Source: Bugula neritina (Eukaryota; Animalia; Bryozoa). From it: a DNA stretch of 64,000 nt. The translations under genes were made by a program, and so were the position numbers. This document shows, piece by piece, positions 33,066 through 47,374 of the stretch (position 1 is the stretch's first letter; every line of letters starts with the position of its first letter). Below the pieces are notes generated by a model. It ran no database searches and was not told where the DNA came from. It was given only the letters and a program-made list of their open reading frames with translations. The stretch is taken from contig OZ037765.1 in assembly GCA_964035545.1 (NCBI GenBank), positions 8,876,698 through 8,940,697 of the forward strand, written 5' to 3'.

Positions 33066-35245
33066 ATGTCACTGTTATGCAAAAAAACTAGTAGGCTATT
33101 GCGTATATTGTGTATATTATACAACATAAATAGTTTAAGTTCTGTCAGTTATAGATCTATAGCCTTATGTTTTTGCTACATTATGAATTTGTTCACTTGA
33201 AAAACAGTTATAGTATAGTCTGTAAGACAAGAAATGTGTAATTGTGAAAAAAAAACTTAATTTATATAATGTACTGTTATCCATTTGACACAAATATTGA
33301 AATAGTATACATGCACAAGATTTGCTATACATTTGAAACATACATTTTAAAAAAATTCAACAAACATGTTTAAACTTATCTATAGCAACTAGGCTTACTT
33401 AGAGCATATAATATTCTTTGACCAAATATAACGATATGGGAAGGCAAAAACAAATTTGTTGAAACCAATTGAAACTTTTCATGATAAGAAATTAAATGGC
33501 ATTCAATTTTAGCTGTGACTCTTATTTTTAAATAATTTGAAATTTCGGAAATGTTTTATTTGCGTCCATCTATATGTTAAGTAAAATACCTTTTTTGTAT
33601 TATAATTGTAATATATAATATTGCTGTAAACTAATTGGGGGTGAATGGATCAAAATATATAGCAAATAGATTGATATTCATTTTTCTTCATTGAATGTAC
33701 TAAACTATAACTAAACTCTCCCAACAGCAACCTTACTGCTAGGTATGCTGTGAAATTTCTTTAAAACTATGTTCTTTGTAGTAGTTTTATGTGCTACCCA
33801 TGCTGTATTTCATGCAAAAAACCATATCCACTGAAACCAACAGACACGGAATCATAAGTGTATAACGATTTGTACAGTAATAAGAATAGAGGAATGTTTT
33901 TGTCAAAGGGTTAATAGATCACACTGGTTTTTGTGCAAGATTGTTTATCTATGCTTACCCATTCGTATATAATATACATATTCTTTTATGATCCCAGCAA
34001 TTCAGGGTACCTATAACAGTAGTTTTAAAAAATTGTCTGTTAAGTCCTAAATTATTGACTGTTCAAAGTGTACTTGATATGATGTTTTCTGTATAAACAG
34101 TCAAACATGTTGTAAGTTGCAACCCTTGCATTCTGATTAGGTCATACTCATCAGCCTACGCCTAGATTCGCGTTTGAAACATGTTGTTTAAAACAGTGCT
34201 TGTTGCCCATGAACGCAACACATTTGTATGAAACAAGTAGCGCTCCTGCCGTTGAGTGGTCTTGTTATTACGGGCTAATTTGTTGCGGCCGGTTTCGACA
34301 GAAAGGCTATTGGTCGCCGTATCGCCAAACCTAACGATTCCTGCACTTGAACTAGGTTACGCATTTTTGCAGAGATGATCTATTTCTATGATAATATTAA
34401 TATAGATCATCTCTGACGTTTGCTGGTTATTTCAGTTTTACTGGAAACCCTGTACTACTACTAGTATAGTATTACTATAGAATAAATCGGTGATACTAAT
34501 AGTTATATAACGAAGATTTAGAAATAAATGAGATTAACTCTAGGATTATCATTTTTGAATCTCAAAATGAAAATCAAAATGCAAATACACCAACTTACAT
34601 TTAATGATTTATGGAGTCTAAGTCTATTACTCTATACTTAGTCTTATACTAGGCACTACTAAAGCTAGAATTAAAATTGCCGTGAACGGTGAATAATTAT
34701 AAACTGAATTCTTATACTTATAGTTATAGTCAATGTTATACTAATACTAATAGTAATACTCTATAGACATAGTCTATAACTTATGCTCACAGTAATTTAA
34801 ATTACTATTACTATTAGTATTACTATTACTATTAGTATTACTTTATAACGTAATGAGTTTATTAATAATAATATTATAATGATAGCTTAATTTTTTTTAT
34901 TAATCATAATGATGCATATGCTGATGCCAATTAAAATTTTTATGCTGATAACTTGTTAGTATAAATTGATGAAAATGATGATAGTGGTCATGATAATCAT
35001 AATACATTTAGATTTAATAATACTAATACTAATGGTAATAGTAATCAAAACCTTAGCCATCAATCATCATCATCATGGTAGTCATTGTCACATTGATTTA
35101 ATTAGATGCTTGCTAGTCAGTTTAGAGAGACTAGAGTGAGAGTCAACGCTTCTCTGATCGAGCTTTGCTGATATTGATCTTATACTAGTGCTGACATGTT
35201 TACAGCCACCTTACAGTACAATTTACAGAAATAAGCTGAATTGCA

Positions 35246-38200
35246 ATGGGATCAGGAAATGGATTGGATGGCTGCTATGCATGCATCAAATATTTGATGT
35301 TTGCATTCAACTTTATATTTTGGGTAAGTATAGAAATCATTAACTTAATTTAAGTAATTTTGTTTTCGATTTGTTTTGGCAATTTTTTCATTAATAGCTT
35401 TGTTTAACTTCTAGATCCTCCTGATACATAACACTAATGGTATCACTAACATAAAGTGTTGCGCATTGTATCTATATATCTACGGCAGGCCATATAGCAT
35501 ATCCATGTAGCTTTTAAAAATATAATACTATTAATAAAGATAGAGGTGTACGTAATCTCAATATCAGCATTCATAAAAGATATTCACACTCATAAATATA
35601 TAAAAAAGAAGTACTAAATAGAGAAATTTTACATTTGTTTGTTCAGCTAGCTAATCATTTTGTGACCTGAAAAAATATCAACGAGTTCGATGTATTTGTG
35701 ATTGCCTTGCTAAGCAACAAATTTTGCTTAAGCTGGTACATACAGATTTGCTTCACCGAGCTTCGTTGTATTGATTTTGCATAAGGTTTCATGACCAACA
35801 TTCAAGCTTTGTAAAATGATATTGATTTGATAACTACAGAGCCTTACTGGCTTGAATCACACTGTTCATGTGAATAGAAGTATATGACAATTAGCCTAAA
35901 TATCTAAATATGTTTTTTTATAATATGAACGTTTTCTATCATGTGTATTTATTATTTAGAGCCCCTCCTAATTCAAACTAAAACATTGAGTCATTCATAC
36001 CTGTAAGGTCAGCATAACATGTTCTCATAACACAAATATGCCTTTGGTTCTACCAAGGCAGCATTTAGTTTTAGTACCATGCTCTTTACAAAATTTACAC
36101 CTTTTCTTGTAAGAGTAGCCAAAAACTTTTCTGCTTCAAAACTAAGGTTTGTTGTCAACTTGATCTCACTGCAACAGTAGTTTGCTATTTCTAAGTATTG
36201 AATTCTAAAACTTTTAAAAACTTTTTTAGGAGTAAATAACATACATGGGTTACGACCATTAAGTTTCATAAATGTTTTTACTATACCCAGTGTACTCCTT
36301 TCAAAAGTGACATTGATAATCCGCAGTGATTGTAATAATTTTAATTGTAATAAATTGTAATGTAATATGTCATGTAATGTAATTGTAATAAACCCAATTG
36401 GTTTTTGCAGTATTAATTTCCACGTAAAAACTTCAATGTTCATCAATGCAAATATGGAAACAATTCAAATTAACATAGGCAAACGTAAGGTAATATTGCA
36501 ACCTGTGGTGAATTAGTAAATCAAATGATGTCTCAATCACAAAGATATTTTATAATATAATAATTAATGAGTTATTGCAAGCCTCCGTGATGCTAATTTT
36601 GGCAATATTAGTGATAATTATATTTTCCATCTATTGAGCAGTTTTAACTTGATTGTTGAGTTTGAGGATAAAAATAGATAACTTTATGATGGTGATGAAT
36701 GCTTAACAATCAATTCAGTACTATATTGTATTGATTTAATCAAATCGAACTTGAGACTGGGTTTTATCGTTTTCCATTTGTTAAAATGATTAAAATGGGT
36801 GGATTGCAGCATAAAATGTGTAGTTGTCAATTGTAAACCGGTCTATTTGTGTAACTATTGGCACTGGGAAACTTTTTCAGTATTTGAAAAAGTTGATTTT
36901 CAGACCATTCAGTAGCCTACAATAACACTATTGTTAGAACACTGAAGCTAGTCAAATACAGTGCTGTCTTCCATTGAGTTACACTAATAGAACTTATATT
37001 CCAGCTGCATGCTTTCAGAGCTATATAGTTTTATTGATTTATAGGCAGTCTACTCACATCTCTAAGTAATTCTAATGCTTACTAGATATATTGTTTTATC
37101 GGCAGCCAAGTGTGAATCACTCTAATTACGAAGGGTTTGAGTTGGTTTATCTTTTCCCTTGAGATGCTGTCACCATTTATACACAAATTGAAACGAGACA
37201 TGTTTTAAAAGGTGTTCTCTGCCCTACTCTTTCAGCAGCTTCCCTGGGTTCATGGCTGTGTATGGTTATAACTACTATTGCACTCATCAGTAATTGTTGT
37301 ATAAAGACTTGCTATCATGGAGCACGAAGTCATTCCTTCTATAATGCCTACTGTCTTAGCATTACACCTCTACTAGTTTATAAATATGATATTTTATTCA
37401 TTATTGTATCTGGTTTCATGAATTGGATCTCAGATTTCATCTGTTTTTTCTGAGTACTCTTTTCTCCTGAATAGACAATGCCTCAAATTGACTTTCTAGT
37501 TACTGAACATACTCATGTTATTGAATGATAGTCGCTATATTTACTGCAATGTATAGAATAGTATAAAGAAAGCCACTGACCAGAAACATCAGCCCTGCTG
37601 CTGCATATTCAACTTAGTTTTTCCAGTTTAGGGAAGCAGACTACCATTGCGTTTCCATTATCGCATTATGCGAATGGATTTTTTCATTCGGCTAATGGAA
37701 ACAGTTACATCGAATGAAACCGCAACTATAAGTTAATGCAAACCACAAACCACAAATAATCCGTACGGGGCATTCATTCGCATTATGCGCAGTCATGGAA
37801 ACGCAGTGTACTAGTTGAATATTTACATTTTGAGATGATTTTCAAACAAGCATGACTAATGTCATAGCAAGATGACTATAAAAACCAACATGTTGATCGC
37901 CAGCACATAGCACAGTAACAAGCAATTAGTTGTTATAAAGTTTCATGTTGTAGTTCTTTAGTGTTGCATCTATGGGATGACCTGGCTTAATCCAGATAGT
38001 TACGATGTTTCAGTTTGTTTACCAAAGCTGTCATTTTCTTGCTGGAAAAGTTGTTGTTGGCAATCAGAAATGGCTAAACTAGTGACATAATTATGCACAT
38101 CATTTCATGTGAAACACCAGCGCCTAGAATGTTTATATAGACTGTGTTTTTGCCAGTAAACCCGTAGACTGAGAGAAACAAAGTAGTATTTGTAATTACT

Positions 38201-38438
38201 CATGAGCTAGCTACATACTCTGCTGAATGCAGGAGGAAGTCCATGCTAGGCTAGTTGCTAGCTCTGAGTCAGCAGGAAATGTTCTCTAATGATAATACTA
38301 AAACTGCTAGCACTTTCAATATAAAATAAAGCTTATTATTTTTACAGTTAGGCTCAGCTATCTGTAGCTATTATAGCTGTCAAACATTTTTTTTATTTAG
38401 ACCTATTTTCAACAAATAGGCACAATCATCACAGTCGC

Positions 38439-38499
<61 letters not shown>

Positions 38500-40051
38500 A
38501 TAGTCCTGAAACAATTTCTGTACAATTATGTTTTTATTGTTGTAGCTGATTGGTTGCGCACTGGTAGGGATTGGAATATGGGTGCTGGTAGACCAGAACT
38601 TCAAGAGTCTCGTTAGCGAATCTCAAACTTTTGCCTTCCTTCAGTATGCTGGAATAGTACTGATTGTTGTTGGATCAATCGTCATGGTTGTGGGTTTCTT
38701 TGGCTGCTGTGGAGCAATTAGAGAGAGTGAATGCTGCCTCATGCTGGTAGGCTATTGGCCATATTTAAACCTGGTTCAGTAGTCCACCCAAACCTACTGC
38801 AGAATTTATAAATTACTAAGTACTCCCTCACATTGATGTTTACTAAATTGTTTTAAACAGGTGTTAGTATAGCAAAACTTGCTCTAATATGAGAAGCATG
38901 AAGAGGCACTTTAAAAGTGTCAGATCTTTTGCAATAGCTGTTCGGGAAGAGATGCCATTGTTTGTGTACTCCAAAGTTACACACTTGATTTGTTCGAGTT
39001 GAAGTGGAATTTTATTGCTGATAAGTTTTCTATTGAGAGAAGTTGCAGTTTTTTTTTATAATAATAACAGCACAATAATTCAATAGACTGCTGTCGGCAG
39101 GTTTACATTCTGACAGCTGTATCTAGTTGGATGTTACATAAATTCTTATATGAATCATCAGCTTTACAGTTAGTAGTAGTAGTCAGTAATGTTATGCGTT
39201 GTACAGGCAGCACATGCTAGCCACATACCAGCATTCGGCTGTGCAGATATTTCAATATCTCAGTCGCATAGCATTCTAATATTTTTGACGTATGGCTCTT
39301 GATTTTGTAGCTATACAAACACTATTTCATTTCTTAGCAATTTGCAACAATATACCTTTTTTGTTGACACAATTATTTAAAATTTAAGCATTTGAATACT
39401 CCCTTTACAAACAGTGTTTACACAAACACTATAGTTAAGGCTCATGGCCTGTAGTTGTGTTAAGTCAAGTTGAAAGTGTGAGGCACACAGTTATTGCACT
39501 GGTAACATTGCACTTGCCTGCGATTATTTTACCCTAATAAACCTTGCCTTAGCTGAGAAAACCTACTTTTATTTTAAATGGTTAACTGAGAGACTTGACT
39601 TTGGCTATCATTTCGAAAAAACTTATGAAAATTATATTTCTCACAGTTCCTTTAAACAATATTACTTTCTATCTAGGCTTCAAATGTGAATGTAGTCTAT
39701 CACTGTGTCTATGTCATAAAGTTTGTGTATCACTGAAGCCTACAGCCATGGAAAGACCCAGCATATTTAATGTCAAAATTATTTTTGTAATTTTGTGTTT
39801 TTCATTACTATTACTGCATTACTACTGCTACCAGTTTACTCTTTACTGCCACCACCACTAATACTGCTACTGCTGCTGCTACTACTACTGTTACTACTAC
39901 TATTACTACTACTACTGCTGCTACTACTACTACTACTACTACTATTACTGCATTACTACTGCTACCAGTTAACTCTTTACTGCCACCACCACTAATACTG
40001 CTACTGCTGCTGCTGCTACTAATACTATTACTACTACTGCTGCTGCTGCTG

Positions 40052-40086
<35 letters not shown>

Positions 40087-40129
40087 GCTACTGCTACTGC
40101 TACTGCTACTGCTACTGCTACCACTACTG

Positions 40130-40164
<35 letters not shown>

Positions 40165-42190
40165 GCTACTAGTCGCCTCAGTCTGAAAATACTTAGTCAG
40201 TTTTAGGCATGGTATTTTTATCATCTACTCATCTTAGCTGTGAAAAGTATATGTGCAGGTAAAAGGAAACTGCTGTTGTTTATGGCTGGTGTTGTGTTAG
40301 TAATTAATTGCACAAAAAAGAATGCAATATTGAAAAATTAAATTTTGTGATATGGTGCCATTTACCCCTTGAGGAAGTTGTTAATTTTTGGTTTATAGTT
40401 GACCTGCAGTTGCTCAGATAACTTATCACCACACATAACTGTAAATCAGACTTTATGCTCTACTATAAAGAACCTTTTGGCACCTAGTAGAGACTAATGA
40501 GAATAATTATTGCTCATGAGAAGAGTAATGAGTGTTGCAGTGTAAAACAATAAAATTATGCTGTCGAACAAATTGTAATCTTACATAATGAGGCTCTAAT
40601 GGTTACATAATAAAATGATGGAGATAAAATACAAGTGATAAAAGATTATTACTATTGGTGTGAGGTTATAAAGTCCTTGTAATTCTGAGGTTAGAGGTTA
40701 GTGGTAATGTTATTAGCACAGTAGTACAAGTAAAACTGACGGGAAAGGCAAGCTTTCAGCACATAGTTTTGCTACAAAATGGCAATGAGCAGAGCTTGTT
40801 AATAAAGAGTCACATTTCTTGAGTGAAATTTAGAAAAGTTTCAAAAATTTGTAACCTTTAATTATCTTCAATTTTAAGCACTAGAAAGTTGCAAAGCATG
40901 TTTCTCAACATTTCGAGTGGACAGATGTAACTGTGAAGGGGACAACTCTAAGTATGCTTACTGGCTGGCGGAATATCAAAATATTTGCATTTGTTCTATT
41001 AAATATACAACATAAAACATTTGCATGTATATAATAGCCTAGCCCTAACACCCTGGTCTCAAGCTAATTTGTTTTCTGTTTTGTATCTGCTTCACTATAA
41101 AATTTTATTTTAAAAATTGCCTTTTTTAAAGCATAAAATAGTTTACTCAAATTAGAATAAAATTATTTTAACATTTTTATTTTGTAGTTTTTCATAAGCA
41201 TGCTGATTCTCTTCCTGGCCCTGGTTGCTGGAGGTGTCGCCTGCTTAGTGTACAAAACTGAGGTATTTATCTAGTAAAAGAGACTGTCTGCACTTAGTAT
41301 GTGGAGCTTTAATTTTTATGTGTTACTTGTTGAATTATTTTCAAGTGCATATAACTAGAATAAATGTCTTTTAGTACTTTGAAAATGTTCCTAAAACATG
41401 CTAAACCACATCAAGTTTATTTCTGGTTTAGGTGTCCGAGATCGCCTTGCAAGCATTTCAAGACTCGTTTGATCTGTACACCGATGACGACCCTCAAAGT
41501 TTGGTCGACCTTGTGCAGCAAGTTTTCTCTTGCTGCGGAGTCAACTCTTTTACTGATTACATAAACAAAGGTGTGCAGATACCTGCCAGCTGCAAGCCTG
41601 ATGATGTCACAGATGTTGCTACCTTACAGGGTTGTAGTGTCGTTGTGCCAGAGAAGCTAGATGAGAAAGTTATTATTACTGGTGGGGTTGCCCTAGGGGC
41701 TGGAGCTACTATGGTAAGCATCTGGTTGAGTGATGTAATAATGTTAACATATTATAGTGGTATGTAGATTTGAATAGTATCTCAAATTAGTTGATCTATT
41801 GTGTAAGCTAATCAGCTACAATACCTACTGATCTTGCCTTACTGCTGAAACTACTTTTCTGTTGGCAACTGCAATCTGCAATATTTGGGTGTAAGAATAT
41901 AGCATTTTGAAATTTAAATGGCAACTCATATATATTTAGCAATTTCAATAGCTCTGAAGAGTTATTACACTCAGTGTCATTTACTTGAAAACAACTTAAA
42001 TATTTGCAATGACCTGTGGAGTTGCCAACACCTTGTTGGAAACTCTGTGCATTTTGTGATGAGATATTTTACAGTTTCAATTTTTCTCATACCATTAATT
42101 AAAAGGAGTTATTTATTTTGTATTTTACAGCTCATTGGCTTGGTGTTCTCCATGATGTTATGCTGTGCCATTAGAAATCAGAATCTGTAA
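35246..42190 (+). CDS. Tetraspanin (gene 1), 5 coding exons, about 231 aa
   Basis: Exons 35246-35323 (MGSGNGLDGCYACIKYLMFAFNFIFW), 38546-38746 (GFFGCCGAIRESECCL), 41188-41262, 41432-41713 (CCG, PASC and GC of EC2) and 42131-42190 (MMLCCAIRNQNL*). All are phase-0 GT-AG. Confidence 0.95.
37645..37808. mobile_element. MITE (PIF/Harbinger-like) with a 3-bp TSD
   Basis: TIRs CATTGCGTTTCCAT / ATGGAAACGCAGTG with TAC duplicated on both sides. The empty site GACTACTAG is seen in the paralogous intron near 46670. Confidence 0.85.
38442..38498. repeat. (TA)n microsatellite upstream of tetraspanin exon 2
   Basis: Directly visible; the homologous tract is at 47256-47397. Confidence 0.95.
39805..40170. 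repeat. (CTA/CTG)n trinucleotide tract in tetraspanin intron 2
   Basis: Directly visible; it produces the poly-Leu and poly-Ser ORFs of the track. Confidence 0.95.
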
Positions 42191-43738
42191 TACTACTAAA
42201 ATTGGATCATGTTACCCTGTATTCCTAATTAATGGTTTACTTTGATTTTGTTATTAGTGTTACTTATGCTTAGCCTTTAATAGTAGTTGTTCTAGTCACA
42301 GTTCATACACACTTAATGCTTGCATGCTCTTTAGTAGACTAGTTGGTAATTTCACTATTTCTTTCATGTAAATCATACTTTAGTATACTAGGTATAATTT
42401 CCTACTGGAAATGCTAATCATAATAATTTGTAATGTTGTTGCATTCATATGCTATTGCATATATGATCTATTTTACATTTTTCTATATATTATCTTTATT
42501 GCTAAACGTTGTAAAATCATTATTGCAAAAACTTATTTTTACACCAGCAGTTAATTTACTTTGCTAGAATATTTTTAGTGACTTTTTTGGCTTTGATTTA
42601 CTTCATACATACATGCTTTTTACTTAATACAGGGCTTTTAAAAAGTAAACTATGTTACTTCTTGTTTGAAAAGCATTCTGTCCAAGTTACCTGAATTGCC
42701 TTGTAAAAGTTGAGTAGAAAGCAAGTTTACATATTACATTTTAATATGTATTCATAATTAAAATTTAGCAATAGAATATTAAAGCACAACTTTCACCTTC
42801 AGTGTAAGTATTATCAACATGGTAACTAAAAAGTAAGTAAAAATAAAGTTAGATTATTCAGTAGGCTGAAAAAGCACCAAGTGTTGGTTAAGGCAGCATA
42901 AATATGACATGATTGTATATCACACTGCACCTCAAATAAGTAGATTAACGATGAGATTAAAGTGTACACTAATTTACTAATCATTTAAAAAATGATAAAA
43001 TATGAATAGTGAAAACACAACATAAACAAGGCTAACCCTAAGAAAGCAAAATGACTATTTTGTCTCGAAGTAAGTTATTAAAAAAACATTTCCAAACTTG
43101 AGTCTCATTGGACTTAATTATAGTTACCAAAGATATAGGAACCAAGAATAGACATAGTAATCAATGCATATAGTGTAGAACTGTAGATAATGCTGTTTCC
43201 AGATGAACTCTTGTTTTCTTGAAAGTTCTTAGGTTGGCTACAGAATGGTGAGCTTATAATCATCACCAACCCAGCTCACTTTACATGATAACTTAGCCAA
43301 TTGTTATTTCGTTAGATAATGCTGTATTGTAGCTACTGATGTTTGGTGCTTTGGCTTCGTCTGACATTGAAAAAAGGATTAAAGACGTTCAGCAAATTTG
43401 TTTACATTGATGATTTAAGCTGATTTAAATCCAATTATTAGTGTATAACTCATGTTCATGAATGTAGGCAGAAAATGTATTATAAATTAGTACCTATTTG
43501 TGGTATTTCAAACTACCAGTAGTGACATGGTTTGGTTTCAACTCTCCTCTGCTAATTTCAGCAGTTAAGTCACATTTACTCACTTCTTCTACCTTACTGC
43601 CCAATGCTGCCACTTTATCATGGCCACTTGATGACTTCCATCGATTATGTGCTTTTCCAGACATCTCAATAAATCGTCAGTGTATTCTGAATAATATAAT
43701 ACATATCATGTAAGTTTATAATGACTAGTAAGTAGTAA

Positions 43739-43910
43739 CGAATGGCTCTATAAGCAGCTCTTAGTTGGAGATGATTGAGTGCAGTAGTAATTGCTATTCT
43801 CCAGTATAAAATTGGGATTTTCAAAGAACACCAAATGCAAACTTGGAAACCTACAAACTACTGCACCCAATCACCCCTCCCCGACTCTGAGCTGCTTATA
43901 GAGCCATTCG
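43739..43910. mobile_element. MITE-like element with perfect 22-bp terminal inverted repeats
   Basis: CGAATGGCTCTATAAGCAGCTC (43739-43760) is the exact reverse complement of 43889-43910, and imperfect pairing continues inward. Confidence 0.8.
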
Positions 43911-45154
43911 ATGCCCATTATTTCCACCAGAAGGAACTTTAGCTCTTAAGATCTATAGTAAAAGGGTCATAAGTATAAGATCTATAAGTAAAGCGTGCCA
44001 GAGATTCTTTAAGTTTTCATATACATGTTTTCACCATACCCAGTGTAGCCTTTCAAAAGTGACATTAATAATCCAGTGATTATGCCCCAAGCCAAGGAGC
44101 AAAGCCTTACAGAATTATGCATTTCTATTAGCCTCGACCTAATTTGAAAAGTGGGTGAAATTGAAAATAAACTAAAAATGTGTACTTTTGCACTGCTTGA
44201 TATATTTGCTGAAATTGAACTGAGAGCACAAAATTACTCCTCTAGATAATTTATGTTTGGCCAGCTAAATGAAAGTTCATATTATATTATTTGCATTGCT
44301 TAAATTGCCTAAATTTCATGAATTTTGATTTTACCAGTTTGGCTAGTTTGTTTGGTAGTTCACCTATGGGTAGTTTTAATTGAAAGGATGCATATTGCAG
44401 ACTTTTCAGGTTCATCTCATGGTCAAATTTTTATTAAAAGGGGTTACAATAGCTTTGGACATGTTTTTCTAAAGAACAAGCCAGGTAAGGAACATTAGTC
44501 CCAAATTTGCTTTTATAGGCTCAATTGGTTTTTGCAGCTATCAGTTTCAACAAAAAACTTCAATGTTCATCAATAATGCAAATATATAAACAATTCAAAA
44601 TTAACATAGGCAAACTAAAGGTAATCTTACAACTTGGCGAATTAGTAAATCAAATGATGTCTCAATCACAAAGATATTTTATAATATAAAAATTAATAAG
44701 TTATTGCAAGCCTTATTTATGATACTGATGTTGGCAGTATTATTGTTAATTATCTTGTCTATTTATTGAGCAGTTTTAACTTAATTGCTGAGTTTGAGGA
44801 TAAAAATAGATAACTGTATATAATGACAATGATTGCTATGTCAAAAAGACCTTCATTTTTATTAAATGACTTTCATTGTTTTTTATGATGATGGCAATCA
44901 ATCCAGTATAAGTGTTGTACTATGAGCTCATGTTTAATTTGAGGTTAAACATTATTGAAATTCCTAAATTATTATGGTATCTTTAGGCACAAAAATATGT
45001 GACATCATACATATAATTTAATATATCAAGTATAAAAGTAAAAGTAAGAATGAAATAAGCTCAACCAATTAACATTAAGCCCGATTCCTATTTTCACAAA
45101 GCTAAGTATCTCCCATGGCGGCAGCATTACTTTAAAAAAAGAAACAGCACCACA

Positions 45155-47252
45155 ATGGACGCTGAAAACATACAAGCAGCCTCTGTAGAAGCTGCAGTGT
45201 CCCAGGGTACACCCGACGAACAGCCTCCAGGTGAGGCTGTTCTTGATTCAAATAATGAGACCAGTTCTCAAAAAGTCAAAAGTAGATCACATGACATATT
45301 ATCCAGATTATATGAGAAGTCGGTGAAGTTCCAGAAAGTATTGTTACTTATATACACAGTAGGTGATAGTGCAGCTAGATTTGTATAATTATGTGCAAGG
45401 TATGAGGAAAATCAAAATCCTCGAGTCCTTATTGTATTGATTTAATTAAATATAACTTGAGACTGGTGTTATTCATTGGTTAAAATTGTTCAAGTGGGTG
45501 GTTTGCAGCATAAATTGTGTAATATTCTTGGCACTGGGAAACTTTTTCAGTATTTGAAAAAGTTGATTTTCAGACCATTCAGTACAATAACACTATTGTT
45601 AGAACACTGAAGCTAGTCAAATACAGTGCTGTCTTCCATTGAGCTACATTAATAGAACTTATATTCCAGCTGCATGCTTTCAGAGCTATATAGTTTTATT
45701 GATTTATATATAGGCAGTCTACTCACATCTCTGAGTAATTCTAATCCTTACTAGACATATTGTTTTATCGGCAGCCAAGTGTGAATCACTCTAATTACAA
45801 AGAGTTTGAGTTGGTTTATCTTTTCCCTTGAGATGCTGTCACCATTTATACACAAATTGAAATGAAACATGTTTTAAATAGGTGTCCGATAAAAACACCA
45901 CTAGTAAAAATGGCACAGGTAAAAATGGCACAGGTAAAAATGGCACAGGTAAAAATGGCACATTTTCAATATTAGTGTTTGGAATGGGGGTAAAGGTTTG
46001 GGGATGGGGGTTTGAGTTTGGGAAAATTTAACATCAGTGTGTCATTTTTACCTACTTTTCCATTTGTGCCACTATAACCTGTGCCATTCTTAAATTTGTC
46101 ATTTTTAGCTTGCAATTTTTACCTTTAATTATTTTGAGATGTGTTCGCTGTCTGACTCTTTCAGCAGCTTCCCTGGGCTTATGATGTGAACGGTCATAAC
46201 CACTGAATTGAACTCCCACCATTCCATCAGTAACCACTAGATTCTAGAATTAGAACTAGAGTTAGAGGAGTTATATATTTCAATGGTTATAAGCCTTATA
46301 ACCACTATTGCACTCATCAGTTATTGTTGTATAAAGACTTGCTATCATGGAGCACGAAGTCATTCCTTCTATAATGCCTACTGTCTTAGCATTACACCTC
46401 TACTAGTTTATAAATATGATATTTTATTCATTATTGTATCTGGTTTCATGAATTGGGATCTCAGATTTCACCTGTTTTTTCTGACTACTCCTTTCTCCTG
46501 AATAGACAATGCCTCAAATTGACTTTCTAGTTACTGAACATCTCATGTTATTGAATGATAGTTGCTATATTTACTGCAATGTATAGAATAGTATAAAGAA
46601 AGCCACTGACCAGAGACATCAGTCCTGCTGCTGCATATTCAACTTAGTTTTTCCAGTTTAGTGAAGCAGACTACTAGTTGAATATTTAAATTTACCTATA
46701 TAATATAATGTGTTGGACTGTTCTAAAATAGTCAAACATGCACACATTTCCCAAATGTTGCTAGCTCTGATCAGACTTTTGATATCATAATAAAATGATT
46801 ATATAGACCAACCTGTTGGTCACCAGCACGTACATAACACATGGTAACAAGCTATTAGTTGTTTTAGAGTTTAGTGTTGCTCGTATAATAGTGACTTGTT
46901 TTAGTTTGTTTACACCAGGGCTGTCCGGCAGGCGGTCTCAGGGCCGGATGTGGCCCCACATTTTTGTGGCCCTCAAAGACATAACGCATAAAATTATTGT
47001 TCACATCTTATACAAACTAGAGTGAAAAAAAACCTTTTTAAATGTCTTATTTATACACATATTACAAAACATGCAACCTGCAGTAACTATTGGCACTTTA
47101 TTGTGTAATGATTCATATGAATTTGGAATAAAGTATTTGAAAATCACTGATGTTGTGGCGCCGCCAGCTCAAGCTAAATTTGACAATTTGGCTTCCCCAT
47201 GAAATATTCCCTTTCAGTGGCCCGCTGAAAAAGTTGGACACCCCTGGTTTAC

Positions 47253-47339
<87 letters not shown>

Positions 47340-47343
47340 TATG

Positions 47344-47374
<31 letters not shown>

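Noticed and set aside
36009-36446. 145-aa minus-strand ORF
   Set aside because: AT-rich, motif-free and inside tetraspanin intron 1; the paralogous intron copy is disrupted.
37262-37453. ORF duplicated at 46283-46501
   Set aside because: Similarity reflects the intron duplication; the frames diverge through an indel.
39795-40224. Poly-Leu and poly-Ser ORFs
   Set aside because: Products of the (CTA/CTG)n tract inside a tetraspanin intron.
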